Assembly: GCA_050294405.1 (NCBI GenBank)
Contig: JBNKOC010000027.1
Span: 64,001 to 128,000 of the forward strand
Direction of reading: 5' to 3'
DNA length: 64,000 nucleotides
Source: Fibrobacteria bacterium
GTDB lineage: Bacteria > Fibrobacterota > Fibrobacteria > UBA11236 > JADFYW01
Below, piece after piece: positions 41,410-54,547 of this stretch. The stretch's first letter is position 1. Every line of letters begins with the position of its first letter. The position numbers were made by a program, and so were the translations under genes. The notes beneath the pieces were generated by a model that saw nothing but the letters and a program-made list of their open reading frames with translations, was not told the origin of the DNA and searched no databases.

Positions 41410-41880
41410 ATGTCTGAGTCACAAACCATAAAAAATCTGGAATCTGCTTTTGCAGGCGAGTCCATGGCGAACAGAAAATACCTTTATTTTGCCAAACTTT
41501 GCCGAAAATTAGGCGCTAACGATGTGGCTGAAGTTTTTGAAGCCACTGCAGAACAAGAAACAGCTCACGCCCACGGGCATTTGGAACTTTTGTTTCCTCC
41601 CGAATCTCTTACAGTTGAAAAAATGTTGCAATTAGCCATAGAGGGAGAAACCTACGAATACACCGAAATGTACCCTGGCTTTAAAACCACCGCCTTGGAA
41701 GAAGGAAATGCAAAAGCCGCTTCTGAAATGGGCGAGCAAATAGACGAATCCAAAGAACATGCAGAACGTTTTTCCAAACTTTTGGAAAAAGCCGCCAAGC
41801 GTTTTACAGCTCTGGCCAAGGTGGAAGAACGTCATGCAAACCATTATCAAAAAACCTTAAACGAATTTGCCAGCAAATAG
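41410..41880 (+). CDS. rbr: Rubrerythrin-family di-iron protein without a fused rubredoxin domain
   Basis: [37 protein letters not shown]. Confidence 0.9.
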   Translation: MSESQTIKNLESAFAGESMANRKYLYFAKLCRKLGANDVAEVFEATAEQETAHAHGHLELLFPPESLTVEKMLQLAIEGETYEYTEMYPGFKTTALEEGNAKAASEMGEQIDESKEHAERFSKLLEKAAKRFTALAKVEERHANHYQKTLNEFASK

Positions 41881-41890
41881 GAGCAGTATC

Positions 41891-42067
41891 ATGAGCGAAT
41901 TTAAAAAATACGAATGCGTAGTCTGTGGTTTTATCTACGACGAAAAAGAAGGCATGCCAGACGAGGGAATCGCCCCGGGCACAAAATGGGATGATATTCC
42001 CGAAGACTGGAATTGCCCCGATTGCGGAGTAGCTAAAGAAGACTTTGAAATGGTGGAAGTGGATTAA
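41891..42067 (+). CDS. Rubredoxin
   Basis: CVVCGFIYD...[22 protein letters not shown] at 41891 with AGGAG RBS. Confidence 0.96.
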   Translation: MSEFKKYECVVCGFIYDEKEGMPDEGIAPGTKWDDIPEDWNCPDCGVAKEDFEMVEVD

Positions 42068-42140
42068 AAAATTTTCTTCATTAATAAACTTAATGTCATG
42101 TATAGGCCTTAAAGGTCTGTACATGCGTTTTAAAAAGTAA

Positions 42141-43037
42141 ATGTTTCATTCTCCTCCCAGTTTTAGACAGCTGCAGTATCTGGTAGCCCTGGTTCAATGC
42201 GAACATTTTGGAAAAGCCGCCCAACAATGCCATGTAACTCAGTCCACTTTGAGCGCTGGAATATCTGAAGTGGAAGATATCCTCGGGTTCCCCCTTGTGG
42301 AAAGGATAAATAAAAGAAACATCCGAATCACCCCACTGGCCCAAGAGTTGGCCCAAAAGGCCCAAGAATTGTTGGCGCTTGGCGAAAAATGGATGGAGTA
42401 TGCTAACATCCTCAACGACCCCCTCAGTGTAAAAGTTAAAATTGGGATTATCCCTACTATCGCTCCTTTTTTATTGCCTGCTTTTCTTCCCTTGAGCCGA
42501 AAGCGATATCCGAAATTGGATGTGGAAATTATGGAATCCACAAGCCAGTCCATTGTTGGAGCTGTGGAATCTGGAAACATGGACTTTGGAATTTTGGCTC
42601 TTCCCTACGAACTGGGACGTCTTGAAGTTAAAAAGCTTTTTCCCGACAATTTTATGGCCGCCATTCCAAACCAACACCCCCTAGGCAAGTTGAAAAAAAT
42701 TACAGCGGATAAATTGTCTGGAGAACAATTGCTGCTTTTATCTGAAGGCCATTGCCTAACGGACCATGCGCTGCAAATTTGCAAATTAAGCTTTGACAAA
42801 CGGGTGGCCGGTTCAAGCCTGTTTACCCTCATGCAACTGGTAAAAGGGGGTAGCGGAATCACCATTGTTCCGGAAATGTCGGTTCCCAGCCTGTCCCGCC
42901 TAAACAGCCAAATTTCTTTTGTTCCCCTGGCTGAGCCGGGACCTCATAGGGAAATAGCCCTTTTGTACCGCAACAGTTGGAGCAACCAGGCTGTGGTGGA
43001 CGTCCTATTTGAGCTGCTAACATCCTCTCACAAATAA
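42141..43037 (+). CDS. oxyR: Hydrogen-peroxide-sensing LysR regulator OxyR
   Basis: LysR HTH (HFGKAA..CHVTQSTLS), GIIPTIAPFLLP, GHCLTDHALQIC with both redox cysteines. Confidence 0.9.
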   Translation: MFHSPPSFRQLQYLVALVQCEHFGKAAQQCHVTQSTLSAGISEVEDILGFPLVERINKRNIRITPLAQELAQKAQELLALGEKWMEYANILNDPLSVKVKIGIIPTIAPFLLPAFLPLSRKRYPKLDVEIMESTSQSIVGAVESGNMDFGILALPYELGRLEVKKLFPDNFMAAIPNQHPLGKLKKITADKLSGEQLLLLSEGHCLTDHALQICKLSFDKRVAGSSLFTLMQLVKGGSGITIVPEMSVPSLSRLNSQISFVPLAEPGPHREIALLYRNSWSNQAVVDVLFELLTSSHK

Positions 43038-43149
43038 AACTCAAAATTTGAAAATTTGGCAGGAAATTGGATTGTCCCAATAAGAGATTACAATTTATTA
43101 TGTTTTAAGAATTAATTTAAAAATGGAATTTTCCATTCAATTTTTATAG

Positions 43150-45390
<2,241 letters not shown>

Positions 45391-45393
45391 GCA

Positions 45394-46734
45394 CTAGGGA
45401 TTGTATCGACCTGAAATGCTATAGCTAAAGTTTTTGGAAACCCGGTTTCCCTGATATAAAACCCTGATGCTTGTCCCGGAAGGGTCTAAAAATAACGTCG
45501 GGGTTAGTTTAGTGTTTAAATTGCTTTTGTCAAATATCAGGATACTTGTGGGAGCGGTTTGGCTGAAACAAAGAGAACCAAATCCGAGTTGGTCAAAACC
45601 GCCACTTGTGTTTCCGTAATTCCCCCCACCCCCTTCCGGCCTCAATTGTTCGGCGAAGCTCCCGCTGTATGGGGCATACAATCCTTTTTCCACAACATAG
45701 TGGTTGTATATAAGTTCCCACACAGGCCGCAAATTGCCCCTTCCTTCCGGAGATACGGCTAACATTTCCTTACCTTCACAATTGCTGTAATCGGTCCAGG
45801 GAACATCCTCCCCCAAATTATATTTAGCGGTGTATTCCGCAAGGGCCAATACCTTGTTATCCTTGTAGCCAAACAAATCCTCTCCTTGATCGTAGGCCAT
45901 TTTGCAAAAACTGCCCACCAGGGCTATGCATAACATGGCATGGCCCTGGTCTCTTCCCGATTCCTGACCCTGTCCCAAAAAATGCCCAGGTTTATCCCCT
46001 GGATATATATGATTCACCAGCCTGTCAATTTGGCCCGTTCCTGAGCCATTTTTAAAATAGTCCACAGCTTCTGAATACATACTTGAATCGTCGGCAAAAA
46101 TTCCAATCGCCAAAATGGTATTCATATTAGCCAAATCCCAGTTAGCCCAATAGTGGTCAAAGCAAGTGTTGTTATGCCGGATTAGAAAATCAGAGCTAAT
46201 GGGATAAAAAATGGAAACTAACATATTTTTAAATTTGTTAAAATCCTCCGCAGCCCATCCGGGGTAGTCTCGCAACAGCTCGCCCGCTACAGCAAACTGG
46301 TATCCGTACAAGCCTGCTCTTAAGCCCGCATTGGAATCTCCGGTAAAACCCGTGAAAATAAAAGACCAGTCATTGAGTATTTGAACTGCCGCCTGGGCGT
46401 ATTGAGAGTCCAGAGAGATGCGGTATCTCAATGCCAGTTGGTAGGCCGCCGCGCAGTCTCTGGCCATGGCCATGTATGTTTCCCCATTTGGGCACCCGCT
46501 GCCGCCCGCGCAAACTTCTTCTTTGGGATTGGAGTTGTATTGAAGTTGAGAATAGGAATTTGAAATAAGCAGATCATAACTGCCTATCCAGGGTTCTTGC
46601 TGCGCTAATACCTTTTGGCGCATCCGGGCAATTTCAGACTCGGTGTGTAAAATTCCCGGATGAACAAATCCGAATGCGGAAGGAATAGCAAAAACGAATA
46701 TCGGGATTATTCTAACGGTTATTTTTTTTAGCAT
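45394..46734 (-). CDS. Secreted alginate-lyase-family (alpha/alpha toroid) protein
   Basis: Signal peptide from ATG 46734; FVHPG, YWANWD, QESGRDQGH motifs. Confidence 0.7.
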   Translation of the reverse strand: MLKKITVRIIPIFVFAIPSAFGFVHPGILHTESEIARMRQKVLAQQEPWIGSYDLLISNSYSQLQYNSNPKEEVCAGGSGCPNGETYMAMARDCAAAYQLALRYRISLDSQYAQAAVQILNDWSFIFTGFTGDSNAGLRAGLYGYQFAVAGELLRDYPGWAAEDFNKFKNMLVSIFYPISSDFLIRHNNTCFDHYWANWDLANMNTILAIGIFADDSSMYSEAVDYFKNGSGTGQIDRLVNHIYPGDKPGHFLGQGQESGRDQGHAMLCIALVGSFCKMAYDQGEDLFGYKDNKVLALAEYTAKYNLGEDVPWTDYSNCEGKEMLAVSPEGRGNLRPVWELIYNHYVVEKGLYAPYSGSFAEQLRPEGGGGNYGNTSGGFDQLGFGSLCFSQTAPTSILIFDKSNLNTKLTPTLFLDPSGTSIRVLYQGNRVSKNFSYSISGRYNP

Positions 46735-47042
46735 ATAATTATTAGAAAATATATTGGAAATAGTGCTAATTTTACCCTTCTTTGCCCACAATCAATCCAG
46801 CAATATTTAATTTAAGCCATTTTTAAAACCAGAAATGTGAAATTCGCAAAATTTAGCCGTTTATCAGGGTCAAATGGCCTCAGCCAAAGTGTTAAATTTG
46901 TGCTATTATATTGTTAAGATTAAAGTATTTAAAATAGCGAAAAGGCCTTAAATTTAGGGAGAAGTTTGGGATTTGGTGGATTGTTATGTCTGGGGTCGCC
47001 AAAATCCCGGACTAAGATGAATCCTGGGCACAAGGAGGGGGT

Positions 47043-48152
47043 ATGGAAATTTCAAAAAAACGCTTAAATCTGATTAGTCTGGTAGTTCTTGCCGTTTTAG
47101 CCTTAATTGGCGAATCTTTTTCAAATGTCGCAGGAGATACCATTCAAGGAGATGGCGAAATATATGTATCTCGTTTAAAACGCCTTTTGGTTTTGCAAGA
47201 AGAACACCACAGTAAAAATATTGTGGGTGACGAAATCAAAGCCCTTTTGGAACCAAACGGGGTGGAAGTAGAAGTTGTTGCCACTTCTAATAGTTCTTCT
47301 GTTTTAAACAATGCGGTTTTAGCCGATTTTGATGCATTACTTTGGTCCTATGCATGGGAACCCCAGGACAGATACAATGCCGCCATGAAGCAGGCCGTAG
47401 AAGATTGGTACGCACAGGGCAACAGAGGGGTAGGTTGCTTGCACTCTTGCCAACGCTCCCATGATTGGCCTTTTTACAAAGAAGTTTTTGGCTCTTTGTA
47501 TGCGTATGAATGGAATATTCCCAGCAATTCTCAAACTATGATCCTTGACGATAGCTTTAAAGACAACATGTTGTACAACGAAAGCGAAGATAAAAACTGG
47601 GACAATCCCGGTGGCCAGGAAGAGTATTACCTCTATGATTTAAACCCAAGAGATCTTCCCAATACTCAAATCCATTACCGCATTGAAGAAAACGACATTC
47701 AATCTATTTCCATGGGAGGCGACCACCCTGTAGTTTGGACAAGAGAAGTTATGGGCGGACGCAGTTATATGAATGTTTTAAACCACGCTTCTCATTTAAT
47801 CAATGAATTAAAGCGTCAGGAATATGTGGACAACTTAACTAAGAGTTTGTACTGGCTCCCAGGTTACGATACTGTAAAAATAGAAGTGGATACCACAGAT
47901 ACTACCACAAATATCGATTTGGATAAGAATCAACTGGGTAACCAATCTGAAATCTTTCACATTGCCTCAGATAACAAAACTCTGCATATTGGCGATGTTA
48001 ATAACCAAATAAAAATTTTCGATGCCCGCGGAACTGTGGTTTATGAGTCCCGCGGTTTGAATAATTATGATTTATCTTCCCTCAAGGGAATTCATTATAT
48101 TCAAATAAATTTGAATAATAAATCTTATAGAAACAAAGTTATATTACTTTAA
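47043..48152 (+). CDS. Secreted ThuA-like domain protein with C-terminal sorting-like domain
   Basis: GCLHS, EEYY, GGDHPVVW.R...GRS.....NH; C-terminal IFDARG...GIHYIQI; RBS GGAGGGG. Confidence 0.7.
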   Translation: MEISKKRLNLISLVVLAVLALIGESFSNVAGDTIQGDGEIYVSRLKRLLVLQEEHHSKNIVGDEIKALLEPNGVEVEVVATSNSSSVLNNAVLADFDALLWSYAWEPQDRYNAAMKQAVEDWYAQGNRGVGCLHSCQRSHDWPFYKEVFGSLYAYEWNIPSNSQTMILDDSFKDNMLYNESEDKNWDNPGGQEEYYLYDLNPRDLPNTQIHYRIEENDIQSISMGGDHPVVWTREVMGGRSYMNVLNHASHLINELKRQEYVDNLTKSLYWLPGYDTVKIEVDTTDTTTNIDLDKNQLGNQSEIFHIASDNKTLHIGDVNNQIKIFDARGTVVYESRGLNNYDLSSLKGIHYIQINLNNKSYRNKVILL

Positions 48153-48217
48153 AATTCTAAAACATTTTCTTTAAGCTGAATTCTCAGTCTTTTACCTGTA
48201 TTAGTTTAGGTGTTATT

Positions 48218-49624
48218 ATGAAATTATTAATTGTCTTTGTATCCCTTTTTTCCTTTGCCTCCGTACTGCAAGCCGATATTGAGCTTAAACCGGTTACCAC
48301 TAAGGTTGGCGTGGAGCTGGGCCAATTTATGGGCGGCCAATATTCTGAAAGAAAAGATATTGATATGCAAGGCCATGTGGAAAGACGCATACTATTTTCA
48401 ATCGGAAGGGAAATAGAGGTGGACCCTAGCTTTACCTTACATTTTGCATTAGGCGGGGCTCTTTTCTATGCCTTTCCTGCAGACAACACCCAATACTTTA
48501 CTAAAGGCACTAAAACGGCCCTCACTTTAGGTTATGGTTATGGCAACAAAAGTTGGGATTGGGGTGGAAGCCTCAAGTTTGGAATATTCCCATATAAGTA
48601 CAACCCCAATGCCAAAAATTTAGGGGAATATCTTTTTAGAAGCGGCACATATCCCAGTATTAGATACACCGGTGGTTTTTCAAACGTGAACTCCGCATAT
48701 TACCCTGCCGAGGGAATAAATTTCAGTTTTGAACATTTGGAAGGCATGTTAAAACATGAGTTTATTTTATTTTCAGAAAGATTCCAGTCCCCCACAGTGG
48801 ATTTAACCCCCAGCTACTTAGTAACGCTCAATTTAACAAACATTATTGAAATTGAAGCGGGTGTGGCGTTTAACAGATACATTCCAGCCAAACCTTCAAA
48901 GCTAAATCCAAAAACGGAAGAAAACAGCTATGTTACTATGATTGACCCTTTCCCCGATTCAGTATTATATGGCGGTGAAAAAATTGCGCCTGTGAACGAA
49001 GGGCCAGGCTGGCTGCTTAATAACTATCGCGACACCACATCCCGAGAACGCTTATTATCCTTAACCCAGGAGGTAGTGGGTCCTTTGGGCGATACACTGG
49101 AAGTAAACCTATACAATAGAAACACCACCTACTACAGCCAAAAAGGGATTAAGTTAATGGGAAGCATTGCAGCCAACCTCCCTGGAAACTCAAAAATTTA
49201 TGCGGAAATTGCGTTATTAGGTTTGGAAAATCACCCTTTTTATTACGAAAGCCAGAAAGAACGCATGCCCATTATGGCTGGCGTATCCTTTCCTACTTTT
49301 GGGCTATTGGATAACCTATCTTTTGAGGTGGAATATTTAAAAGCCAAGTTTGCCAATGATAAATCCATTCTATACAACACCACCGATGTTATTTATGTGA
49401 ATTCGCAGGAATCTTATGAAGCCAGTCTGGAACAGGCAAAAAAAGAAACTTGGAAGTGGTCCTTTTTTGCTGAAAGGAAAATCGGAGAAACCATGAAAGC
49501 CTTTTTGCAAGTGGCTAGCGATCATTTCCGAACGATTGATTATGAAGTAAGACCTTCCCATGCCAGCATTATTAAATCGCCTTCGGACTGGTACTACATG
49601 GGAAAATTTGAATTTGGTTTTTAG
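48218..49624 (+). CDS. Probable outer-membrane beta-barrel protein
   Basis: Signal peptide; aromatic-rich amphipathic strands; ends DWYYMGKFEFGF (terminal Phe). Confidence 0.6.
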   Translation: MKLLIVFVSLFSFASVLQADIELKPVTTKVGVELGQFMGGQYSERKDIDMQGHVERRILFSIGREIEVDPSFTLHFALGGALFYAFPADNTQYFTKGTKTALTLGYGYGNKSWDWGGSLKFGIFPYKYNPNAKNLGEYLFRSGTYPSIRYTGGFSNVNSAYYPAEGINFSFEHLEGMLKHEFILFSERFQSPTVDLTPSYLVTLNLTNIIEIEAGVAFNRYIPAKPSKLNPKTEENSYVTMIDPFPDSVLYGGEKIAPVNEGPGWLLNNYRDTTSRERLLSLTQEVVGPLGDTLEVNLYNRNTTYYSQKGIKLMGSIAANLPGNSKIYAEIALLGLENHPFYYESQKERMPIMAGVSFPTFGLLDNLSFEVEYLKAKFANDKSILYNTTDVIYVNSQESYEASLEQAKKETWKWSFFAERKIGETMKAFLQVASDHFRTIDYEVRPSHASIIKSPSDWYYMGKFEFGF

Positions 49625-49827
49625 TAATAAATTCAAATCTTGCCTCATTTGGCTATATTCTTTTTAAGAAATCTCACTTAAAAACATAGCCTAAAACAAT
49701 TTATTTGCCTTTTTCCAGGATACAAATATGTATCTTAAGGACTTCGTCCCAAAATTTCAGAAAAAAATCAGTTAGAATTTTCCCTGGAAATGTTTGCGGG
49801 AGAATTTCCCCAATTTTAATAGTAAAA

Positions 49828-49857
49828 AATCTGAATTTTTCTGGAAAAATTCAGATT
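49828..49857. repeat. 30-bp palindrome (14-bp perfect arms)
   Basis: AATCTGAATTTTTC-TG-GAAAAATTCAGATT in the intergenic region upstream of the CE15 gene. Confidence 0.7.
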
Positions 49858-50042
49858 ACTTCCAAATAATAGCGTTGAACATCGACTGAGATATATAAAA
49901 CTCAGATCCTTCCAGATTTATACAAATATGACTTTTTTCAGGATACACAAAAAGGATATTGTATGAGATTTTAAGCATATATTTTAAAATTCTACGGTAT
50001 ATTTTTTTATGTCGGAAAGGTTCATTAACGGGAGGAGAGCCC

Positions 50043-51797
50043 ATGAAACCCAAACTATTCCTGCTTATTGGCTTATTTGTTGGTATAACTTTAACCTATA
50101 GCCAAAACGTTTCTCTTAGTGGGATTGTAAGGGAAGCTGGCAACAACAACCCTATTTCAGGTGCACAGTTACGCTTGTTAAATTCCGGACTGACCGCCAC
50201 TACAGACGCTCAAGGCTCATTTTCGATATCAGCTGTTCTATCTGTTCACAAATCTGACAATTTTCACCCGGATTTAAGTTTTGAGCTTAAGGGCAATATG
50301 TTAATAGTCCGGTCCGGAAATTTAAGTGAAAATACAACAGTGGAATTATACAGCACCACGGGAAGTTTGATGTATGCATCGAATTTTGAAGAAAATTCTT
50401 CATCTGATTTTGAGATTGAAATTCCCGATTTTAAGCCTGGAGTTTCGATTTTGCTTGTAAAGGCAAATGGAAAATCTATTTCACAAAAACTGTTCCGTCT
50501 TGGAGATAACATATTCAGTCAGGATTATTCCTCATTTGAAAAGGGTGGAAGCCTTAAAGCTTCCGCAGCATTTTTAGCTGTAGATAGCCTAATGATCAGC
50601 AAAACAGGGTATCTGGATGCTAAAATAGGCATTGATAGTTACACTATGGAAAATCTGGAAATCACTTTGGAATCCAGTAACTGTGATATTCCAGAAATGC
50701 CTTCCCGCACTCAACTGGATATAAATATTCCCAAATTGCCCAACCCTTTTACTTTCAAAATTGCAGACTATCCTGATGTTACAAAACGCGAAGACTGGAA
50801 CTGCCGCAGAGAAGAAATAAACAAAGCCATGCAAGCCTATATTTATGGAGAAAACCCTGCACCTGAAAAAGTGGAAGCGAACTATTCTGGCAATACCCTG
50901 GAAATTACAGTGAGCTACGGAGGAAAATCAATATCATTTGACTTGGATATATCTGGCGGTGATCCGCAAAACCCAAAACCCCTTTTATTGAAATACGGTG
51001 GGTTCGGATCTCTACCAGGGCTGCCTAATGGAATTGTGTCCGCAACTATGCCAATTAATGATATTGCTGCGGATGCGACCTCATCCAGTGGTCTATTTTA
51101 TAATTTATACGGAACCAATCATTCCGCTGGTGAATTGGCCGCCTGGGCATGGGGAGTGGGCAGAGTAATAGATGCTTTAGAAATGACGCCTGAAGTTGGT
51201 ATTGATCCCACTAAGGTGGCAGTTCATGGATGTTCCCGTTATGGCAAAGGAGCGCTGGCTGCAGGGGCACTGGAGCCTCGCGTCGCCCTTACAATTCCAG
51301 AAGAGGCTGGTTCCGGTGGGGGTTCTGCCTGGAGGATAATTGCCGCAGAAAAATCTTCCGGAAGAGACATTCAAACTCTGAGCAGTGCATGTAGTGAAAG
51401 AAACTGGATGCATCAGAATTTTTGCGACTGGAGCGGGCTTGAGAGCCGTTTGCCAGTAGACATGCATGAAGCCATGGGCTTGGTAGCTCCCAGAGGTCTT
51501 TTATTCCTAGATGGAGATGCAGGAAATGATTGGTTAGGTGTTACTGCTAGCTCCTGGTCGGCCCACGGGACCGCTGAAATTTATAAGGCGCTGGGTTCTG
51601 AAAGCGGATTTACTTATTCTCAAATTAATTCTTCTCATTGCACTACCCCACAAGGTCAGGGAAAATATGTTACTGCTTATATGAATTATTACCTATTGGG
51701 AGAAGGCGAACCTCCTGAAGGTGGCGTTGTTACTCAAGCTACAAGACAATTTAATAGAGCTGATTGGATTGATTGGGAAACTCCCAGCCTGGAGTAA
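50043..51797 (+). CDS. Glucuronoyl esterase-like (CE15) enzyme with N-terminal Ig-like domains
   Basis: LPNPF, AWAWGVGRVIDALE, nucleophile motif GCSRYGKGA, EEAGSGG, LVAPRGL, HC; ATG 50043 after RBS GGAGGAG. Confidence 0.85.
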   Translation: MKPKLFLLIGLFVGITLTYSQNVSLSGIVREAGNNNPISGAQLRLLNSGLTATTDAQGSFSISAVLSVHKSDNFHPDLSFELKGNMLIVRSGNLSENTTVELYSTTGSLMYASNFEENSSSDFEIEIPDFKPGVSILLVKANGKSISQKLFRLGDNIFSQDYSSFEKGGSLKASAAFLAVDSLMISKTGYLDAKIGIDSYTMENLEITLESSNCDIPEMPSRTQLDINIPKLPNPFTFKIADYPDVTKREDWNCRREEINKAMQAYIYGENPAPEKVEANYSGNTLEITVSYGGKSISFDLDISGGDPQNPKPLLLKYGGFGSLPGLPNGIVSATMPINDIAADATSSSGLFYNLYGTNHSAGELAAWAWGVGRVIDALEMTPEVGIDPTKVAVHGCSRYGKGALAAGALEPRVALTIPEEAGSGGGSAWRIIAAEKSSGRDIQTLSSACSERNWMHQNFCDWSGLESRLPVDMHEAMGLVAPRGLLFLDGDAGNDWLGVTASSWSAHGTAEIYKALGSESGFTYSQINSSHCTTPQGQGKYVTAYMNYYLLGEGEPPEGGVVTQATRQFNRADWIDWETPSLE

Positions 51798-51951
51798 CCC
51801 GAATTGACTAGTGTTCATGCCCAAACGGCGATCCCCCCACAGTACCCTTCGATTTTAACTTGGGGTACTGTGACTTTTTCCACGCTATACCAAAGAGTTT
51901 GTGATATGGCCGAAATTTCCTACCTTTGGTCCTTTTTAACAGGTTTGATAG

Positions 51952-53823
51952 ATGCTCCAAGTAAACAATCTTACCAAAGGCTATGGCGACCAAATCCTTT
52001 TAGACAAGGTAAGCTTTGTAGTTAACCCAGGTGAAAAAATTGGCCTAATTGGTCGAAATGGGCATGGCAAAACAACTCTTTTTCGCATGCTTATGGGGGA
52101 AGAAAAACCCGATGATGGAGAATGGACAGCCCCTAACCGGTACAAAATTGGTGTATTGTCCCAGTACTTTGATTTCAAAGAGCCCACTGTATTGCAGGAA
52201 GCTTGCACCGCATTAGAAGATCACGGTGGATGGAAAGAAGAATACAAAGCTGAAGCCATACTAATGGGACTTGGCTTTTCAGAAGCCGATTTTCACCGCG
52301 CCCCTAAGGAAATGTCGGGCGGCTTTCAAATGCGTCTCAACCTCACTATGTTACTACTTTCCGAACCGAATCTTTTGTTGTTGGATGAACCCACTAACTA
52401 CCTGGATATTGTTTCCATCCGCTGGCTGGAACGTTTTCTAAAATCATGGGAAAATGAGTTTATTCTCATTACACACGATAGAAATTTTATGGATACCGTA
52501 TGCACGCATACCATGGGTATTTTAAGAAAGCAGTTGCGGAAAATTCCTGGCCCCACCCGAAAATGGTACAGCCAAACTGCCGAAGAAGACGAAATTTATG
52601 AAAAGACTCGCTTAAACCAAGAAGCCAAGCGCGCTCAAACTGAGCGATTTATCCAACGCTTCAAGGCAAAAGCAAGCAAAGCCGCCGCCGTCCAGTCAAA
52701 AGTAAAGTTATTAGAAAAGCAGGGCATTGCTGAAAAACTGGAAACAGAAAGTGACTTAAGTTTTAAATTTCGTGAAACTGAATTTCCTGGCACCCGGTTC
52801 CAAACTGTAAAAGGGCTGACATTTGGTTATAGCCCCGATAAGATATTACTAAATGATATTAACATAGATATACATCCGGGAGATAGAATTGGAATTATCG
52901 GTCCAAACGGAAAAGGCAAATCTACTTTACTTTCCCTTTTAGCAGGAGAATTACAACCATTAGAAGGCTCTATTCAAAACCATGATTTGACCCGTATTGG
53001 ATATTTTGGCCAAACTAATGTGGATAGAATGGATTTTGAAAATATGGTTTACGAGGAAATTGGACGGGAAAATCCAGACTTGGGTATCGGCGGCTCCAGA
53101 AGCATTGCCGGACTCATGATGTTTGAGGGAGATAATGCCAAGAAAAAAATTAAGGTATTGAGCGGCGGGGAAAAAAGCCGGGTCTTATTGGGAAAAATTT
53201 TAGCAAGCCCCGTTGGTTTATTGTTATTGGATGAACCCACTCATCACCTTGATATGCAGTCTGTTGAATCTCTAAAAATCGCTTTGGAAAAATTTAACGG
53301 AGCCGTGGTCATTGTATCTCATGATGAAGAAATTATTGGGGAAATAGCAAACAAACTAATAGTGTATGATGAAGATAAATGTTTTGTTTTTGATGGAACA
53401 TACCAGGACTTTTTAGACCGTATTGGATGGTCCTTCGAGCGCAATGAAGGCACAGCCCAGTTAAAAACGAATACAAAAAATAATGACAGTAAAAAAGGCG
53501 GAAAGAAAAAGAACAAAAAAAATAGATCGTTCAATTCCACGTCTCAATCAGATACTCAGGCAGAACAAGCAGGCATATCAAAAGAATCCGACGGAACTAG
53601 TAAGCTAAGTTTCAAAGAAAAAGAGCTATTAGAAACATTGCCTGAAAAAATTGAAAAGTTAGAAACTCAGCAGGCTGAAATTGTAGCGAAAATGGCCAAT
53701 CCCGATATATACCAACAAAATCCGGATGAGGTAAAAAAGCTAAGCGTTCAAAGCGAAGAAATAGCCCGGGAATTGGAAAAATATTATGCTAGCTGGCAAG
53801 AGCTTGAGGCCCGTAACAAATAG
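51952..53823 (+). CDS. ABC-F family ATP-binding protein with Uup-like C-terminal coiled coil
   Basis: Two ABC domains (GRNGHGKT/MSGG/LLLDEPTN and GPNGKGKS/LSGGE/LLLDEPTH); no TM; C-terminal KLSFKEK...LPEKIEKLE...WQELE. Confidence 0.92.
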   Translation: MLQVNNLTKGYGDQILLDKVSFVVNPGEKIGLIGRNGHGKTTLFRMLMGEEKPDDGEWTAPNRYKIGVLSQYFDFKEPTVLQEACTALEDHGGWKEEYKAEAILMGLGFSEADFHRAPKEMSGGFQMRLNLTMLLLSEPNLLLLDEPTNYLDIVSIRWLERFLKSWENEFILITHDRNFMDTVCTHTMGILRKQLRKIPGPTRKWYSQTAEEDEIYEKTRLNQEAKRAQTERFIQRFKAKASKAAAVQSKVKLLEKQGIAEKLETESDLSFKFRETEFPGTRFQTVKGLTFGYSPDKILLNDINIDIHPGDRIGIIGPNGKGKSTLLSLLAGELQPLEGSIQNHDLTRIGYFGQTNVDRMDFENMVYEEIGRENPDLGIGGSRSIAGLMMFEGDNAKKKIKVLSGGEKSRVLLGKILASPVGLLLLDEPTHHLDMQSVESLKIALEKFNGAVVIVSHDEEIIGEIANKLIVYDEDKCFVFDGTYQDFLDRIGWSFERNEGTAQLKTNTKNNDSKKGGKKKNKKNRSFNSTSQSDTQAEQAGISKESDGTSKLSFKEKELLETLPEKIEKLETQQAEIVAKMANPDIYQQNPDEVKKLSVQSEEIARELEKYYASWQELEARNK

Positions 53824-53851
53824 CCATAAACATGGCTAATTTTTGAGATCT

Positions 53852-54436
53852 ATGATGAGCGCAAAAGAAATATATAGTATCACCGCTATAATTCTTACTT
53901 TTGTAGGTTTTTATCCATATATCACATCTATACTTCGCGGAAAAACCAAACCCCATGTTTTTTCCTGGGTAATTTGGGGTGTTACCACTACTGTTGTTTA
54001 TGCCGCCCAAGTGGCGGACCATGGCGGCGTTGGGGCCTGGCCAACCGGCATTTCCGGGCTCATAACATTTTATGTGGCCTGGTTAGCCTATAAACATAAG
54101 TCAGATACCCATATAAGCCGTAGCGATTGGGGCTTTTTTATTACTGCCCTTTTATCCATCCCCCTTTGGTATATTACCTCTTCCCCGCTTTGGTCGGTAA
54201 TTATCCTTACCTCCATTGACGGAATCGGCTTTATCCCCACTTATCGAAAAGCATTTATTCTTCCCCACGAAGAACAGATCACATTTTATGGATTATTTAC
54301 ATTTCGAAATATATTTTCCATCCTTGCCCTGGAAAATTTTTCAATAACCACTTTGCTTTTTCCTGTGGTAACTGCCATAGGCTGCATCCCCTTAATGTTT
54401 ATGATATATTGGCGTAGGAAGTTGGCTGAGATTTAA
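53852..54436 (+). CDS. Hypothetical multi-pass membrane protein
   Basis: About 7 hydrophobic segments; PYI.SILRGKTKP...SW..W and IPTYRKA...P..E suggest an internal PQ-loop-like repeat. Confidence 0.7.
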   Translation: MMSAKEIYSITAIILTFVGFYPYITSILRGKTKPHVFSWVIWGVTTTVVYAAQVADHGGVGAWPTGISGLITFYVAWLAYKHKSDTHISRSDWGFFITALLSIPLWYITSSPLWSVIILTSIDGIGFIPTYRKAFILPHEEQITFYGLFTFRNIFSILALENFSITTLLFPVVTAIGCIPLMFMIYWRRKLAEI

Positions 54437-54547
54437 AAGTTCGTCCATTCTGAACCATTTTTCCCAAATTGTCAAAATAATTTTAGTTTTGAATTTTGGT
54501 TTTTCGGTTTATATTAAAATAGACTCAATTTTCAGGAAAAACAAAAA

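Noticed and set aside
49959..50042. Longer N-terminus for the CE15 gene from the ORF track
   Set aside because: ATG 50043 has a strong RBS and gives a clean signal peptide. Upstream TTG/GTG starts were likewise trimmed for several other genes.
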